Shown here piece after piece: positions 41,632 through 52,030 of a stretch of 64,000 nucleotides of DNA. The translations under genes and the position numbers were made by a program. The notes beneath the pieces are model-generated. The model did no database searches and had not been told where the DNA came from. It saw only the letters and a list, made by a program, of their open reading frames with translations. The DNA is taken from contig DXAZ01000033.1 in NCBI GenBank assembly GCA_019116785.1, positions 2,941 through 66,940 of the forward strand, read 5' to 3'. Within the stretch, counting starts at the first letter, position 1. Every line of letters starts with the position of its first letter. This DNA is from Candidatus Atopostipes pullistercoris (lineage in GTDB: Bacteria > Bacillota > Bacilli > Lactobacillales > Carnobacteriaceae_A).

Positions 41632-42468
41632 CTACTTTTGAAATTCATCCATAAAATCTAAGGAATCCATCTCAATAATTTTTTCTAAAATATCTAATAC
41701 CGCTTGTTCTTCATTCGAGCCAATTTCGTAATTTGAGATTTCTTTTAGTTTGTCATCCGCATTGGACAAGGCTACGGAATATTTTGCATGTTCGACCATA
41801 CTGGCATCATTTTGACTATCTCCAAAAACCATTGTTTCTTCAGGTTTAACATTGTATTTTTCTTGTAAAGCTTGGATTGCTGAGCCTTTACCTCCATTGA
41901 CATCAAAAATATCAAACCATCCTCCTCCGCTACTGACGGCATCAAAAGATGGATAGGTTTCTGTTATTTGTTTAGCATGTTCTTTAATTTCTGTTAATGA
42001 AGCGGGTGAATGATTGGCAATTTTTACAATTTCATCCATTTTTATTTCATCTAGAGAATCTACGATTTGTAAATTTCCATAATAACTTAAAATATAGTCC
42101 TCATAATCTTTATTCACCCATGTTGCATAGGAATTCATTCCGTCACAGTAGATGTTACTAACATTATTCATCTTTTCTAACATCTTTGCGACACCAAGTA
42201 GATCCGGATAATCCATCACAGCACTATGAAGAACTTCATTCTTTTTAACAATATAATTCCCATTATCCCCAGCAAAATATAAATCCTCATGGTTCATATG
42301 TGAAAAGTACTCATCAAGTCTTGGGTATGAATTTCCAGAAGCAATAACAACCGTAATCCCCTTTTGTTTCAGTTTTTCATATACTTTTCTAAATCTGTCT
42401 TCATCATATGTTTTATTGCTACGAAGAAGAGTGTCATCCATATCGATTCCAATTAATTTTAAGCTCAT
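41632..42468 (-). CDS. Cof-type HAD-IIB phosphatase
   Basis: LIGIDMDDTLL motif I, ...VFGDSQNDASM motif IV. 278 aa. Confidence 0.85.
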   Translation of the reverse strand: MSLKLIGIDMDDTLLRSNKTYDEDRFRKVYEKLKQKGITVVIASGNSYPRLDEYFSHMNHEDLYFAGDNGNYIVKKNEVLHSAVMDYPDLLGVAKMLEKMNNVSNIYCDGMNSYATWVNKDYEDYILSYYGNLQIVDSLDEIKMDEIVKIANHSPASLTEIKEHAKQITETYPSFDAVSSGGGWFDIFDVNGGKGSAIQALQEKYNVKPEETMVFGDSQNDASMVEHAKYSVALSNADDKLKEISNYEIGSNEEQAVLDILEKIIEMDSLDFMDEFQK

Positions 42469-42529
42469 AGTTCCTCCTACATTTCTTCAATATATCTATA
42501 TTCGTCTATATGATTATAGCACTTCTCAC

Positions 42530-43273
42530 TTAAACTGTAATGACTTGAATATGATGTTGGTTCAAAAAGTTTTTATCTTCCATACGAATTTTTGAATCTG
42601 TATACACTTTTGTAACTTCAAAAAATTGAAACTCGGTAACCGTTCCTTTTTCATCAAACTTACTTGAGTCCGTTAAAATAATCACATTATCAGCTTGTTT
42701 GGCCAATATTCTAGCTGTTTGTGACCGTTGAAGATCCACACTAGTAAACCCTCTTTTTTCATCTACCCCATCAATTCCAATAAAGAGTTTATCCACAAAA
42801 AACTGGCTAATGGCCAGCTCAGTTAAAGCACCAATATTAACTTGCGATTTTTTCTGATGCTCGCCACCCAATAATATAATATTAACACTTTCACTTTCTC
42901 TTACGTAACCTGCAATAAAGCTAGAATTTGTTATAATAGTGACATTTTTACGATTAAACGCTAATTCTTCCGCTAATAATGCACAAGTAGAACCTGATTC
43001 AATCAAAACGGTCTCATTGTCTTCTACTTCTTTTGCGGCTTCTTTCGCAATTTTTCGCTTTAATTCATAATTAATAGCTAAACGATAATTTAAATCATCT
43101 TCACTATTTAGTACCGCATAGCCATGTTCTCGATGTATGATTCCTCTAGCTTCTAGTTTATCTAAATCTTTTCGTATCGTTACTTTCGAAACTTCTAATC
43201 TTTTCGATAATTCGTTGACTTCGATTTTTTTATGCTCGCTTACTATTTTAACAATTTTTTCTTGTCGACTCAT
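42530..43273 (-). CDS. DeoR/GlpR-family transcriptional regulator
   Basis: N-terminal HTH (VNELSKRLEVSKVTIRKDLDKLEARG) plus a DeoR C-terminal sensor domain. 247 aa. Confidence 0.85.
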   Translation of the reverse strand: MSRQEKIVKIVSEHKKIEVNELSKRLEVSKVTIRKDLDKLEARGIIHREHGYAVLNSEDDLNYRLAINYELKRKIAKEAAKEVEDNETVLIESGSTCALLAEELAFNRKNVTIITNSSFIAGYVRESESVNIILLGGEHQKKSQVNIGALTELAISQFFVDKLFIGIDGVDEKRGFTSVDLQRSQTARILAKQADNVIILTDSSKFDEKGTVTEFQFFEVTKVYTDSKIRMEDKNFLNQHHIQVITV

Positions 43274-43634
43274 TGGTACCCCCCTCTTTTCTATATTATT
43301 TTACCAAGTAAAACGTAAATAATCTACTTACGTTCGAAATATTTTGATCTTTCATTACGCAATAATTAGTCATTTCCCGAAGGGGAAACGGTTTCAATTC
43401 TTTGTTGCTATACTTAAGCATTTTTCTATGCTAAAATAATTTTAACATTGCGTACTGACGCATTTAAGAGAACGGAATAACATACATCAGATTAAACAAT
43501 GCAATATGCAGATAGAGATAAGGGACGAGACTGTTTATTTGTTTAATTGGTGTGTGTTTGAATATAAGTTTTTTGAATAGATGCCAGCTTACGAAGTTAA
43601 TAAACAATAAACAGAAAGAGGAGTATATATCCGA

Positions 43635-45311
43635 ATGAAACCGAATATAAATAACAATGAGGTTGCGGTATTTGCCTTAGGTGGTCTTGATGAGATCGGA
43701 AAAAACACTTATGGTGTGCAATTTCAAGATGAGTTGATTATCATCGATGCAGGGATTAAATTTCCTGAAGATGAATTATTAGGGATTGATTATGTTATCC
43801 CTGACTACACGTATTTAATAGAAAACAAAGACAAAATAAAGGGTTTATTTATTACCCATAATCATGAAGATCATATTGGGGGTATCCCTTATTTATTGAA
43901 ACAACTAAATATTCCAATTTACGGAAGTAAGCTAGCCCTCGCTATGATCCGAAACAAATTGAGTGAACATCATCTATTAAGAGATGCAAAGTTGCATGAA
44001 GTAACGGAAGATTCAGTCATTAAGTTTCGTAAATTATCTGTAGAATTTTTCCATACTAACCATAGTGTGGCTGAATCGTTTGGTATTGCAGTAAACACAC
44101 CTTATGGGTATGTGGTTCAGACTGGAGATTTCAAATTTGATTTTACGCCTCCTTTTGGAAAAGATGCAAACTTGCAGAAAATGGCTCGGATTGGTGAAGA
44201 AGGGGTTATTGCCCTTTTAGCTGATAGTACCAATGCTGAAATACCTGGTTTTACTGATTCAGAAGAGGTCGTCAGTGAATCGATTATGAATTTAGTCGAA
44301 AATATTGAAGGACGCATTATCTTTGCTTCGTTTGCTTCTAATTTATCTCGGATTCAACAAGTGATTCGAGCAGCCCGTCTATCGAATCGTAAAGTTGCTA
44401 TTTTTGGACGTAGTATGGTAAATGGGATTAATGTAGGGATTGAATTAGGTTATATTAAAGAAGATCCTGAAATATTTATTGAACCTAATGAGATTAATAA
44501 ATATAAACCAAATGAACTGCTTATTCTATGTACAGGTTCTCAAGGGGAACCGATGGCGGCTTTAAGTCGAATTGCGAATGGGACACATCGTCAGATTTCA
44601 ATTACCCCTGGTGACACGGTTATTTTCTCTAGCTCACCTATTCCAGGAAACACCAATTCTGTAAATAGTCTCATTGATCGTTTACTTGAAGCCGGCGCAC
44701 GAATTGTACATGGTAAGGTAAATAACATCCACACTTCTGGGCATGGTGCTCAGCAAGAGTTGAAATTAATGCTACGATTAATGAAACCTAAATTCTTCGT
44801 ACCCATTCATGGTGAACGACGTATGCAACATGAACACGTCAACCTAGCGATAAAAACAGGGGTCAATCCTGATTATTGTTTTATCCTAGATAATGGTGAG
44901 ATTTTAGCCTTTACCGGTGAAAAAGCTCGACGTGCAGGAGCTTTTCCTGCAGACGATGTCTACATTGATGGAAGTGGAATCGGAGATATTGGAAATGTGG
45001 TATTACGTGATCGCCGTATCCTATCAGATAGTGGTCTAGTAGTCGTTGTCGCTACAATAGATACAGAAAAAAGACAAATCTTAGCTGGTCCAGATATTAT
45101 TTCACGTGGTTTTATTTATATGCGTGAATCTGGAGATTTAATCCATAAAGCCCAACAAGTCGCCCAACAAAGCATTCAACGTTCATTTAATTATAGTCAG
45201 ATTAATGAATATAAAATGCGTAATGATTTAATTGAAGATTTACGCCAGTTCTTATATGCAGAGACAGAACGAAGACCAATGGTATTACCTGTTATACTAA
45301 CAACTGATTAA
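43635..45311 (+). CDS. rnjA: ribonuclease J, J1-type paralog
   Basis: 558 aa. Intact HxHxDH motif ([14 protein letters not shown]), beta-CASP and C-terminal domains. Preceded by a ~360-bp gene-free region. Confidence 0.88.
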   Translation: MKPNINNNEVAVFALGGLDEIGKNTYGVQFQDELIIIDAGIKFPEDELLGIDYVIPDYTYLIENKDKIKGLFITHNHEDHIGGIPYLLKQLNIPIYGSKLALAMIRNKLSEHHLLRDAKLHEVTEDSVIKFRKLSVEFFHTNHSVAESFGIAVNTPYGYVVQTGDFKFDFTPPFGKDANLQKMARIGEEGVIALLADSTNAEIPGFTDSEEVVSESIMNLVENIEGRIIFASFASNLSRIQQVIRAARLSNRKVAIFGRSMVNGINVGIELGYIKEDPEIFIEPNEINKYKPNELLILCTGSQGEPMAALSRIANGTHRQISITPGDTVIFSSSPIPGNTNSVNSLIDRLLEAGARIVHGKVNNIHTSGHGAQQELKLMLRLMKPKFFVPIHGERRMQHEHVNLAIKTGVNPDYCFILDNGEILAFTGEKARRAGAFPADDVYIDGSGIGDIGNVVLRDRRILSDSGLVVVVATIDTEKRQILAGPDIISRGFIYMRESGDLIHKAQQVAQQSIQRSFNYSQINEYKMRNDLIEDLRQFLYAETERRPMVLPVILTTD

Positions 45312-45315
45312 TAAT

Positions 45316-45353
45316 AAAAACCACTAATTCCAAAATGGAGTTAGTGGTTTTTA
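45316..45353. terminator. bidirectional terminator after rnjA and the small minus-strand ORF
   Basis: AAAACCACTAA-loop-TTAGTGGTTTT, with an A-run before and a T-run after. Confidence 0.8.
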
Positions 45354-45357
45354 TTGT

Positions 45358-45528
45358 TTAGGCTTTTTTGATTTTATGAATCATTTTCTTCAACTTTTTA
45401 GTCATAGAATTCTTTTTATGGGAGATAACTATTGTATTTTTTTCTTCCAGAGCGTGTTGTTTCTTTTTAACAACATGGAGGATATTTCTATGAGAATAAA
45501 CATCTCTTCGATTTAAAAAATCAAACAT
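45358..45528 (-). CDS. hypothetical 56-aa basic protein (below the track length cutoff)
   Basis: My translation: MFDFLNRRDVYSHRNILHVVKKKQHALEEKNTIVISHKKNSMTKKLKKMIHKIKKA. GGGAGGAG RBS 7 nt upstream, TATAAT (45580-45585, minus) upstream, terminator immediately downstream. Confidence 0.45.
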   Translation of the reverse strand: MFDFLNRRDVYSHRNILHVVKKKQHALEEKNTIVISHKKNSMTKKLKKMIHKIKKA

Positions 45529-45633
45529 ATAATTCTCCTCCCTTTTCTCGTAACCAGAATCTCTTTTTTGATTGCTTTAATTATACTCTATTCTTTAAAA
45601 TAAATAGAAAGATACGATTTTTATCCCCATCGA

Positions 45634-46266
45634 CTAATCCACAAGATTATGTTTAAAAGCATAAATGGTTGCCTGCGTTCGATCAGACACTTCCAGTTTT
45701 GATAAAATATTTGAAACATGCGTCTTCACCGTTTTTAAAGTAATAAACAACTGATCAGCAATTTCTTGATTCGATAAACCATCCGCAATTAAATGCAAAA
45801 CCTCTAACTCTCGGCTCGTCAAATCTTCATGTAACCGACGCGTATCCCCATTTTTTTCCTTTTCTTCTAACTTTTCCGAGACCGCCTCTTCGATAATCGC
45901 TTCCCCCGAGTATGTACGTCTGATTGCTTTAGCAATATCGCTTGCTGAAGACGTTTTTAATAAATATCCACTCGCACCAGCTTCCATCGCAGGATAAACT
46001 TTTTCATCATCTAAAAAACTAGTTAAAATTAAAATCTTCGCTTCCGGCCATTCCTTCAAAATAACCTCCGTCGCCTCAATACCATCCATAGTCTCCATCA
46101 CTAAATCCATCAAAATCACATCCGGATAATCCCTTAAAGCCATCTTGACCCCATCAGCCCCATTTTCCGCTTCGCCAATGACTTCAATATCGTCTAATAC
46201 GGAGAAATAAGAAGTTAGTCCTAATCGAACCATCTCATGGTCATCTACAATTAATAATTTTATCAT
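45634..46266 (-). CDS. liaR: LiaR/VraR-type response regulator (NarL/LuxR family)
   Basis: REC domain (IKLLIVDDHEMVR...DVILMDLVM) plus LuxR HTH (LTSRELEVLHLIADGLSNQEIADQLFITLKTVKTHVSNIL). Confidence 0.85.
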   Translation of the reverse strand: MIKLLIVDDHEMVRLGLTSYFSVLDDIEVIGEAENGADGVKMALRDYPDVILMDLVMETMDGIEATEVILKEWPEAKILILTSFLDDEKVYPAMEAGASGYLLKTSSASDIAKAIRRTYSGEAIIEEAVSEKLEEKEKNGDTRRLHEDLTSRELEVLHLIADGLSNQEIADQLFITLKTVKTHVSNILSKLEVSDRTQATIYAFKHNLVD

Positions 46267-46268
46267 CG

Positions 46269-47324
46269 CTATCCTCCCGTAATTAACGGTATCCGAATTT
46301 CGACACTCGTTCCTTGATTAGGAAAAGAAATAATTCGAACATTTCCACCTAAACCTGCAATACGTTCTTTTATATTACGTAAACCAAATCCACTATCTTT
46401 TTTCTGTTCCATGTCAAAACCGACTCCGTCATCGATAAATCGCAACTGATAAGAATCTTTCGTTTTCTTTAAATACACTTCTAATTCTGATGCTTTTGAA
46501 TGACGTAAAACATTAGATAAAAGCTCTTGAACAATTCGAAACAAATGATCTTCTACCACTTCGGTTAACTTTACATCTTCAATTTCATGAGAAATACTAA
46601 TAGGAACTTTTGATTCCAATTCACTCAACAGCTGCTCAATTCCCTCTTTTAAGGATTTACCATCCAATTTTATAGGTCGTAGATGTAAAAGTAAAGCCCG
46701 CATTTCTGACTGAGCATCACCGATAATCTCCCCAATCATCTTAATTTGTGGCTTAAGTGTTTGTGGGAGCAGCGTTTCATCCTCTTGAATCGTTGAAAGA
46801 AGCATAGCTGCTGCAAATAACTGCTGACTTACTGAATCATGTAACTCACGCGCAATACGGTGTCTCTCACCTTCTAAAATCTCTTCACGCGTTTCTTCAC
46901 TAATTACAGAGGCTTGCTGAGACATACTAACCGCTTCTTCTGAAATTAGAATCATTTTCTCATGTAATTTAAGAATTTCACGATCTATCACTTTATTCAC
47001 TTGAACAGGAGTATCTTCTGAAAACATCTGTAAAAAAATTTTCGCTGAATACTGCCCTTCATTCAACATGTGGAGGGCATTTTCAATTTTTTTCATCTTT
47101 CGGTGATCTTTAATCTTGAAATACGAGATAATTAAAAAAGCGGTCACAAAGGAAAATAAAAACAAATATAAAATAAGCGGCAAATTCGTGAGTCTTCGTT
47201 TCAAAAGAATGTCGCTCCATTTTTCATCTGTAAAACTTAACATCACAAAAAAGATTAAAGCATTATAGAGAACAAATGAAGATAGAAAATAGAGGCCGAA
47301 ATCTTTTAGTGTCTTATTTTTCAT
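46269..47324 (-). CDS. liaS: LiaS/VraS-type sensor histidine kinase (HisKA_3)
   Basis: Two TM helices, H-box RHRIARELHDSVSQQLFAA, HATPase_c (DDGVGF...GFGLRNIKERI). Confidence 0.85.
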   Translation of the reverse strand: MKNKTLKDFGLYFLSSFVLYNALIFFVMLSFTDEKWSDILLKRRLTNLPLILYLFLFSFVTAFLIISYFKIKDHRKMKKIENALHMLNEGQYSAKIFLQMFSEDTPVQVNKVIDREILKLHEKMILISEEAVSMSQQASVISEETREEILEGERHRIARELHDSVSQQLFAAAMLLSTIQEDETLLPQTLKPQIKMIGEIIGDAQSEMRALLLHLRPIKLDGKSLKEGIEQLLSELESKVPISISHEIEDVKLTEVVEDHLFRIVQELLSNVLRHSKASELEVYLKKTKDSYQLRFIDDGVGFDMEQKKDSGFGLRNIKERIAGLGGNVRIISFPNQGTSVEIRIPLITGG

Positions 47325-48055
47325 AAAAACACCACCTCTATCTCACCAATCAATACATTGGCCATAACTTTTACTTTCCTTGCATCTGTTTGATAATTAT
47401 CTGAATACCAATGGAACGTTTCGTTTTTTAAATCAATTTCTTCCTCTTCAATCAAAACTTTTCCTAGGAGCATGCTCGTATTCAAAGAAATGGCCACCCC
47501 TTCAGGAACCAGGATTTTTGTTTTCCCAATCCCTTTTCGTATTAAAATAATGTTTGTTTCCTTGGGCAATATAGTATTTCCTAAATCAAACACCGTATTT
47601 CCAAAAATCTTTGTAAAATTAATATCTTCCCAACTATAAATCTCTTCTTCCGTTTCTCGGTTTTCTCCAAACCATAGATTCTTGGAAACTTTATATGGAG
47701 CGTTACTTGACTGCTCAAAATCCACCATTACAAAATCATTTTGATTCTTTAATGGCTTTTTATTGGTTAAGAGTTCGCGAATCAGTTGATAAATCTCAGG
47801 ATTTTCTCCTATAAATAATAACAACCCCACCACAATGAAGGCTAAAACAAGTCGATTAGAAAACAAAGAAAACAAGATGGCAAAAATACCGATCATAAAC
47901 AGACTGTTTTGATTTTTTTTTGAGGCCCAGTTTCTTAACAATAAACTACCAATACCGATAGCCAGCATAATCATAGAAAAACGATTATTAAAAAATTCGT
48001 AAACCATGAGTAATCCAAGAATCCCTAATATAATAATTAACCAGCGTCTTTTCAA
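47321..48055 (-). CDS. liaF: LiaF-like cell-envelope stress module membrane protein
   Basis: 244 aa. N-terminal TM helices plus a C-terminal beta-rich domain. Overlaps liaS by 4 nt, in the canonical liaFSR order. Confidence 0.75.
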   Translation of the reverse strand: MKRRWLIIILGILGLLMVYEFFNNRFSMIMLAIGIGSLLLRNWASKKNQNSLFMIGIFAILFSLFSNRLVLAFIVVGLLLFIGENPEIYQLIRELLTNKKPLKNQNDFVMVDFEQSSNAPYKVSKNLWFGENRETEEEIYSWEDINFTKIFGNTVFDLGNTILPKETNIILIRKGIGKTKILVPEGVAISLNTSMLLGKVLIEEEEIDLKNETFHWYSDNYQTDARKVKVMANVLIGEIEVVFL

Positions 48056-48150
48056 AATATCACCTCTTAGCTATAGATTCTTCCTTTAAAGTATAATGAA
48101 TTTTACCTCCTCTTGCATCAGAAAAGACTAAAATCAGCCCAAAGACCTAC

Positions 48151-48184
48151 AAAAAAGGACAAAACTCGAAAGTCTTGTCCTTTT
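48151..48184 (-). terminator. greA terminator
   Basis: Minus strand AAAAGGACAA-loop-TTGTCCTTTT followed by T-run. Confidence 0.8.
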
Positions 48185-48200
48185 AATCTAATGTTATTTA

Positions 48201-48674
48201 TTAATTTACTTGAAGAATCTCCACATTCATATCTCCGCCAGGGGTTTCTATCAATACTTTATCTCCAGTAACTTTTCCAATGAGCGCTTTTGCGATAGGC
48301 GATTCATTTGAAATTTTTCCTTCAAAAGGATCCGCTTCTGCTGCTCCAACAATTGTATATTCTTCTTCAAAGCCATCCGGCAACTCTTTAAATAACACCG
48401 TACGACCTAGTGCAATCTCACCTTCTGCATAATCATTTGAACTAATAATTTCCGCATGTTGCAACATATTTTCAATTTTTTGAATACGTCCTTCAATAAA
48501 AGCTTGTTCTTCTCTTGCTGATTCGTACTCTGAGTTTTCAGATAAGTCACCAAAACCACGAGCAATCTTAATACGCTCGACAACCTCTTTACGTTTTGTA
48601 GTCTTTAATTCATTAAGTTCTTTCTCTAATTTTTCTTTACCTTCAACGGTCATTGGGAAACTTTTCTCTTGCAT
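48201..48674 (-). CDS. greA: transcription elongation factor GreA
   Basis: 157 aa. [19 protein letters not shown]...[20 protein letters not shown]. Confidence 0.93.
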   Translation of the reverse strand: MQEKSFPMTVEGKEKLEKELNELKTTKRKEVVERIKIARGFGDLSENSEYESAREEQAFIEGRIQKIENMLQHAEIISSNDYAEGEIALGRTVLFKELPDGFEEEYTIVGAAEADPFEGKISNESPIAKALIGKVTGDKVLIETPGGDMNVEILQVN

Positions 48675-48876
48675 TATACATTACTCCTAATTCTTTTAAT
48701 GTTTTTTTATTTATATTAAAGTTTTTAAAATAATACAATGATGCCACCGCAAAGTGACATCATTATTTTCTATTTATTTGAAATTATAGCGTTTTCCGTT
48801 TTTCAATGTAAATAAGGTAACATGAAATATAGTAATTGTAAAGCAAAATATTTAATGGATTCAAATATTCCAGCTG

Positions 48877-49515
48877 TTAAATGCCCCGTTCATGAAAAAT
48901 CATGCGGATTTTTGTCACAACCAGATCAATCGCTACTTTATTGTGTCCTCCTTCAGGAATGATAATATCGGCGTATTTTTTAGAAGGTTCTACAAACTGT
49001 TCATGCATCTCTCGCACAACAGATAAATATTGATGAATAATACTATCTAACGAACGACCACGTTCATCCATATCCCTTTGAATCCGACGAATAATGCGGA
49101 GATCAGAAGTCGTGTCAACATAAATTTTAATATCCATTAAGTCACGTAAACGTTCATCTTCTAAGATCAATATACCTTCTACAATAATTACATCCTGAGG
49201 TTCTACATGGATGGTTTGGTCACTACGAGTATGACGAGCATAATCATAAACAGGAACTTCGATACTTTCATTATTTTGTAATTGAGTCAATTGCTCCACC
49301 ATTAAGCCGGTGTCAAAAGCAAAAGGATGATCATAGTTCGTCTTTAAACGTTCCTCAAATGAAATATCGCTTTGATCTTTATAATAAGAATCATGTTCCA
49401 CCATTGCAATCGACTTGCCAGAAAAATATTCGTATATTTTATTACAAACCGTTGTTTTTCCGCTACCTGACCCACCGGCCACTCCTATAATAATAGGTCG
49501 ATGTTGTGAATTCAT
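48877..49515 (-). CDS. udk: uridine kinase
   Basis: P-loop [14 protein letters not shown]; ...DHPFAFD...VIIVEGI. 212 aa. Confidence 0.92.
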   Translation of the reverse strand: MNSQHRPIIIGVAGGSGSGKTTVCNKIYEYFSGKSIAMVEHDSYYKDQSDISFEERLKTNYDHPFAFDTGLMVEQLTQLQNNESIEVPVYDYARHTRSDQTIHVEPQDVIIVEGILILEDERLRDLMDIKIYVDTTSDLRIIRRIQRDMDERGRSLDSIIHQYLSVVREMHEQFVEPSKKYADIIIPEGGHNKVAIDLVVTKIRMIFHERGI

Positions 49516-49683
49516 TATTGTTTCCTCTTTCTACATTTTTTAAAGAAATTTGCTGACTGACGAATTCTATAGACGAAGACAGACATTGCATTTCCCATCG
49601 GTTGATTTGGAATAAATTTTATCTTTTTGATTAATCATTAGAAAAGCATTGAAAGATTATTTTTCAATGCTTGTTATTTTTAT

Positions 49684-50775
49684 TTATTGGTTGTTATCTA
49701 TATATTCTTCTTTTAATCGAAGATGCTCATCATAATCTTCTGCATAATAGATATTCCCAGTATGGATATCGGCTAAGAAGTACAGATAATCGGTTTCTGC
49801 AGGATAAACACTGGCTTCTATCGCTCCTTTTGAAGGGCTGCCAATTGGTCCAGCACCTATTCCACTATATTTATACGTATTATACGGGGAATCAACTTCT
49901 AAATCTTTATATGTTGTAGATTCTCGATGTTCACCTAAAGCATAACTAACACTTGGATCGGTCTGTAAAAGCATTCCTTCTTCTAACCGATTATAAAAGA
50001 CACCCGAAATAAGCTCGCGATCTTCTTCAGAAACTCCTTCTTTTTCAATATAAGAAGCTAAGGTCAAAATTTCATGAACGTTTAAATTTCTTTCAGAAAT
50101 AACTTCTAAATAAGGTTGGACGACTTGATTCATTCGAGAAATCATTTGTTCTACGGTATCTTCCAATGTCGTTTCTTCAAAAATGTCATAAGTGGCTGGA
50201 AATAAATAACCTTCTAGAACATAACGAGTCTCTTCAGCGGCTAAGGCATCCTTTAATAAGTCAGGATATTTTTCTCCCATCTGCTCGACAAATTCATCAT
50301 TTTGAATAAGATCCATAAATTCATCTCGTGAAAAATCTGTCTTTTCATCCATTCGCTCAGCAATCTCTTCGATATTAAATCCTTCAGGGATAGTAAGAGA
50401 AAAAATAGGTTGATCCATGATTGGGGTTCCCCCCTCATTTAAATAACTGACTATTTCCTTTACGGACATCGATGGAGACATCAAGTAAGTGCCGGCTTGA
50501 AAATGAGTTTCCTCGCTAAATCGAACATAAAAATCAAAAATCAACGAACTATTAATGAGTTCATTCTTCTCTAAAATATTGGCGATATCTCGACGAGTAG
50601 AACCACTAGGAATTTCAATTTCAATCACTTCTTCACTCTCTGCATCTATCGGATTAAGCCCTTGAGTGATATACCGATAACCCATAAATACAAGAATGCT
50701 TATTGCAACTAGGAAAATAATACCCATTCGAATAATTATTTTACGTACTGTTTTATCTTTATGCCTCTCATTCAA
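49684..50775 (-). CDS. mltG: endolytic murein transglycosylase MltG (YceG-like)
   Basis: 363 aa. N-terminal TM, YceG domain with LTLASYIEKEG and ...YNTYKYSGIGAGPIGSP. Confidence 0.88.
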   Translation of the reverse strand: MNERHKDKTVRKIIIRMGIIFLVAISILVFMGYRYITQGLNPIDAESEEVIEIEIPSGSTRRDIANILEKNELINSSLIFDFYVRFSEETHFQAGTYLMSPSMSVKEIVSYLNEGGTPIMDQPIFSLTIPEGFNIEEIAERMDEKTDFSRDEFMDLIQNDEFVEQMGEKYPDLLKDALAAEETRYVLEGYLFPATYDIFEETTLEDTVEQMISRMNQVVQPYLEVISERNLNVHEILTLASYIEKEGVSEEDRELISGVFYNRLEEGMLLQTDPSVSYALGEHRESTTYKDLEVDSPYNTYKYSGIGAGPIGSPSKGAIEASVYPAETDYLYFLADIHTGNIYYAEDYDEHLRLKEEYIDNNQ

Positions 50776-50848
50776 ATATTTTCAGTCCTTTATATATATT
50801 AAGATATATTATACCTGAATAAGATACCATAAAAAAGAGGAATAAATC

Positions 50849-50875
50849 AAAAAAAGGGTGGAAATTCCACCCTTC
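50849..50875 (-). terminator. terminator after yrzB
   Basis: Minus strand GAAGGGTGGAATTTCCACCCTTTTTTT. Confidence 0.85.
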
Positions 50876-50889
50876 ATTGGTATTGAATA

Positions 50890-51219
50890 TTATTCTTCTT
50901 CATCTTCTATAAAAGCACCTAGAACTTCTTCAATCATATCCCATTCTTCTTCGGTTTCGATATCATTGAGTTGTCCTTCTAAGCCTCCATCCGCTTCTGT
51001 GTAAGAGAAAGCAAACACTTCAACTTCTTCATCTTCCGTACTTATCGGATGGACAAGTACATAACTTTTTTCATGTTCTTCAGATTCAAATGTTAAAAGA
51101 ATTTGGTATAAATCTTCATTTCCCTCGTCATCCACTAAAGTTATATACTCATGTTCTGAATCATGATCATGATTGTGGTCATGTTCATGGTCGTGATTAT
51201 GTGTATGATTATCTGTCAT
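50890..51219 (-). CDS. yrzB: DUF1292 / UPF0473 (YrzB-like) protein with a His-rich N-terminal tract
   Basis: [33 protein letters not shown] core is typical of DUF1292. Conserved order alaS-ireB-ruvX-yrzB-mltG. First 24 aa contain 9 His. Confidence 0.8.
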   Translation of the reverse strand: MTDNHTHNHDHEHDHNHDHDSEHEYITLVDDEGNEDLYQILLTFESEEHEKSYVLVHPISTEDEEVEVFAFSYTEADGGLEGQLNDIETEEEWDMIEEVLGAFIEDEEE

Positions 51220-51658
51220 GGTGAGCCTCCTTCAATTTATCTTCTCTGTCTAAATAATTTTGTAAAATCATCATTGCAGCCAGTTTATCAATGACTTTTT
51301 TTCGTTTTTTGCGTGACACATCGCCTTCTTCAATCATCATCCGATTGGCTTGAGCAGTCGTTAGACGTTCATCTTCATATTCAACAGGTAGATTGAACGA
51401 TTTAACCACTAGCTCTCCATAAAATTTAGAGGCTTCTGCACGATCACCTAATGATCCGTCCATATTTTTAGGTAGACCAATCACTACTTTTTCAACTTCA
51501 TATTCTTTAAGGATTTCTTCCAAACGATCCAGTCCAAATTCTTCATTTGCTTCATCAATTTGAATAATCTCTAATCCTTGAGCTGTCCACCCAAAAGGAT
51601 CACTAACTGCTACACCTACTGTTTTGGTCCCAACATCTAATCCTAATATTCTCGTCAA
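51209..51658 (-). CDS. ruvX: putative pre-16S rRNA nuclease / Holliday junction resolvase-like RuvX (YqgF)
   Basis: [20 protein letters not shown]...[11 protein letters not shown]...DERLTT. Confidence 0.92.
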   Translation of the reverse strand: MTRILGLDVGTKTVGVAVSDPFGWTAQGLEIIQIDEANEEFGLDRLEEILKEYEVEKVVIGLPKNMDGSLGDRAEASKFYGELVVKSFNLPVEYEDERLTTAQANRMMIEEGDVSRKKRKKVIDKLAAMMILQNYLDREDKLKEAHHDR

Positions 51659-51915
51659 TTTTCATCGCTTTCCAGATAATTTTTTAATAACTCTTCTAAA
51701 ATTTCATCTCGCTCAAAACGACGAATCAAATTTCTAGCATCATTATGTCTTGGTATATAAGCAGGGTCCCCAGATAATAAGTACCCGACTATTTGATTAA
51801 TTGGATTATACTCTTTTTCTTCTAAAGCTTGGTAGACTTGTTGAAGCATTTTGGATACATTATTTGGTTCATTACTTTTCCCATCAAAACGTACCGTGCG
51901 TTCGTCATTACTCAT
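51655..51915 (-). CDS. ireB: IreB-family (UPF0297, YrzL) regulatory phosphoprotein
   Basis: [46 protein letters not shown]. Start trimmed to ATG 51915 ([10 protein letters not shown]), after GGGGGA. Confidence 0.88.
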   Translation of the reverse strand: MSNDERTVRFDGKSNEPNNVSKMLQQVYQALEEKEYNPINQIVGYLLSGDPAYIPRHNDARNLIRRFERDEILEELLKNYLESDEN

Positions 51916-52030
51916 TGAAAATCCCCCATCTATTCCTATTCTATTTTCTCTCACTTATCTTACCTAAAAGCAGAATTTTCTTCAATGATTATTGTAAGTA
52001 TATGACCTAATTTTAACATTTTTTTATTCT

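Noticed and set aside
43274-43634. Riboswitch or small gene (rpoY-like) in the long rnjA upstream region
   Set aside because: I found only a short hairpin (TTTCCC-GAA-GGGGAAA near 43373-43388) and an extended -10 like TGCTAAAAT. There is no conserved riboswitch core that I recognise and no SD-preceded ORF.
48056-48150. LiaR/VraR binding box upstream of liaF
   Set aside because: I saw AGGTCT...AGTCT-like pieces, but I cannot recall the consensus precisely enough and found no clean inverted repeat.
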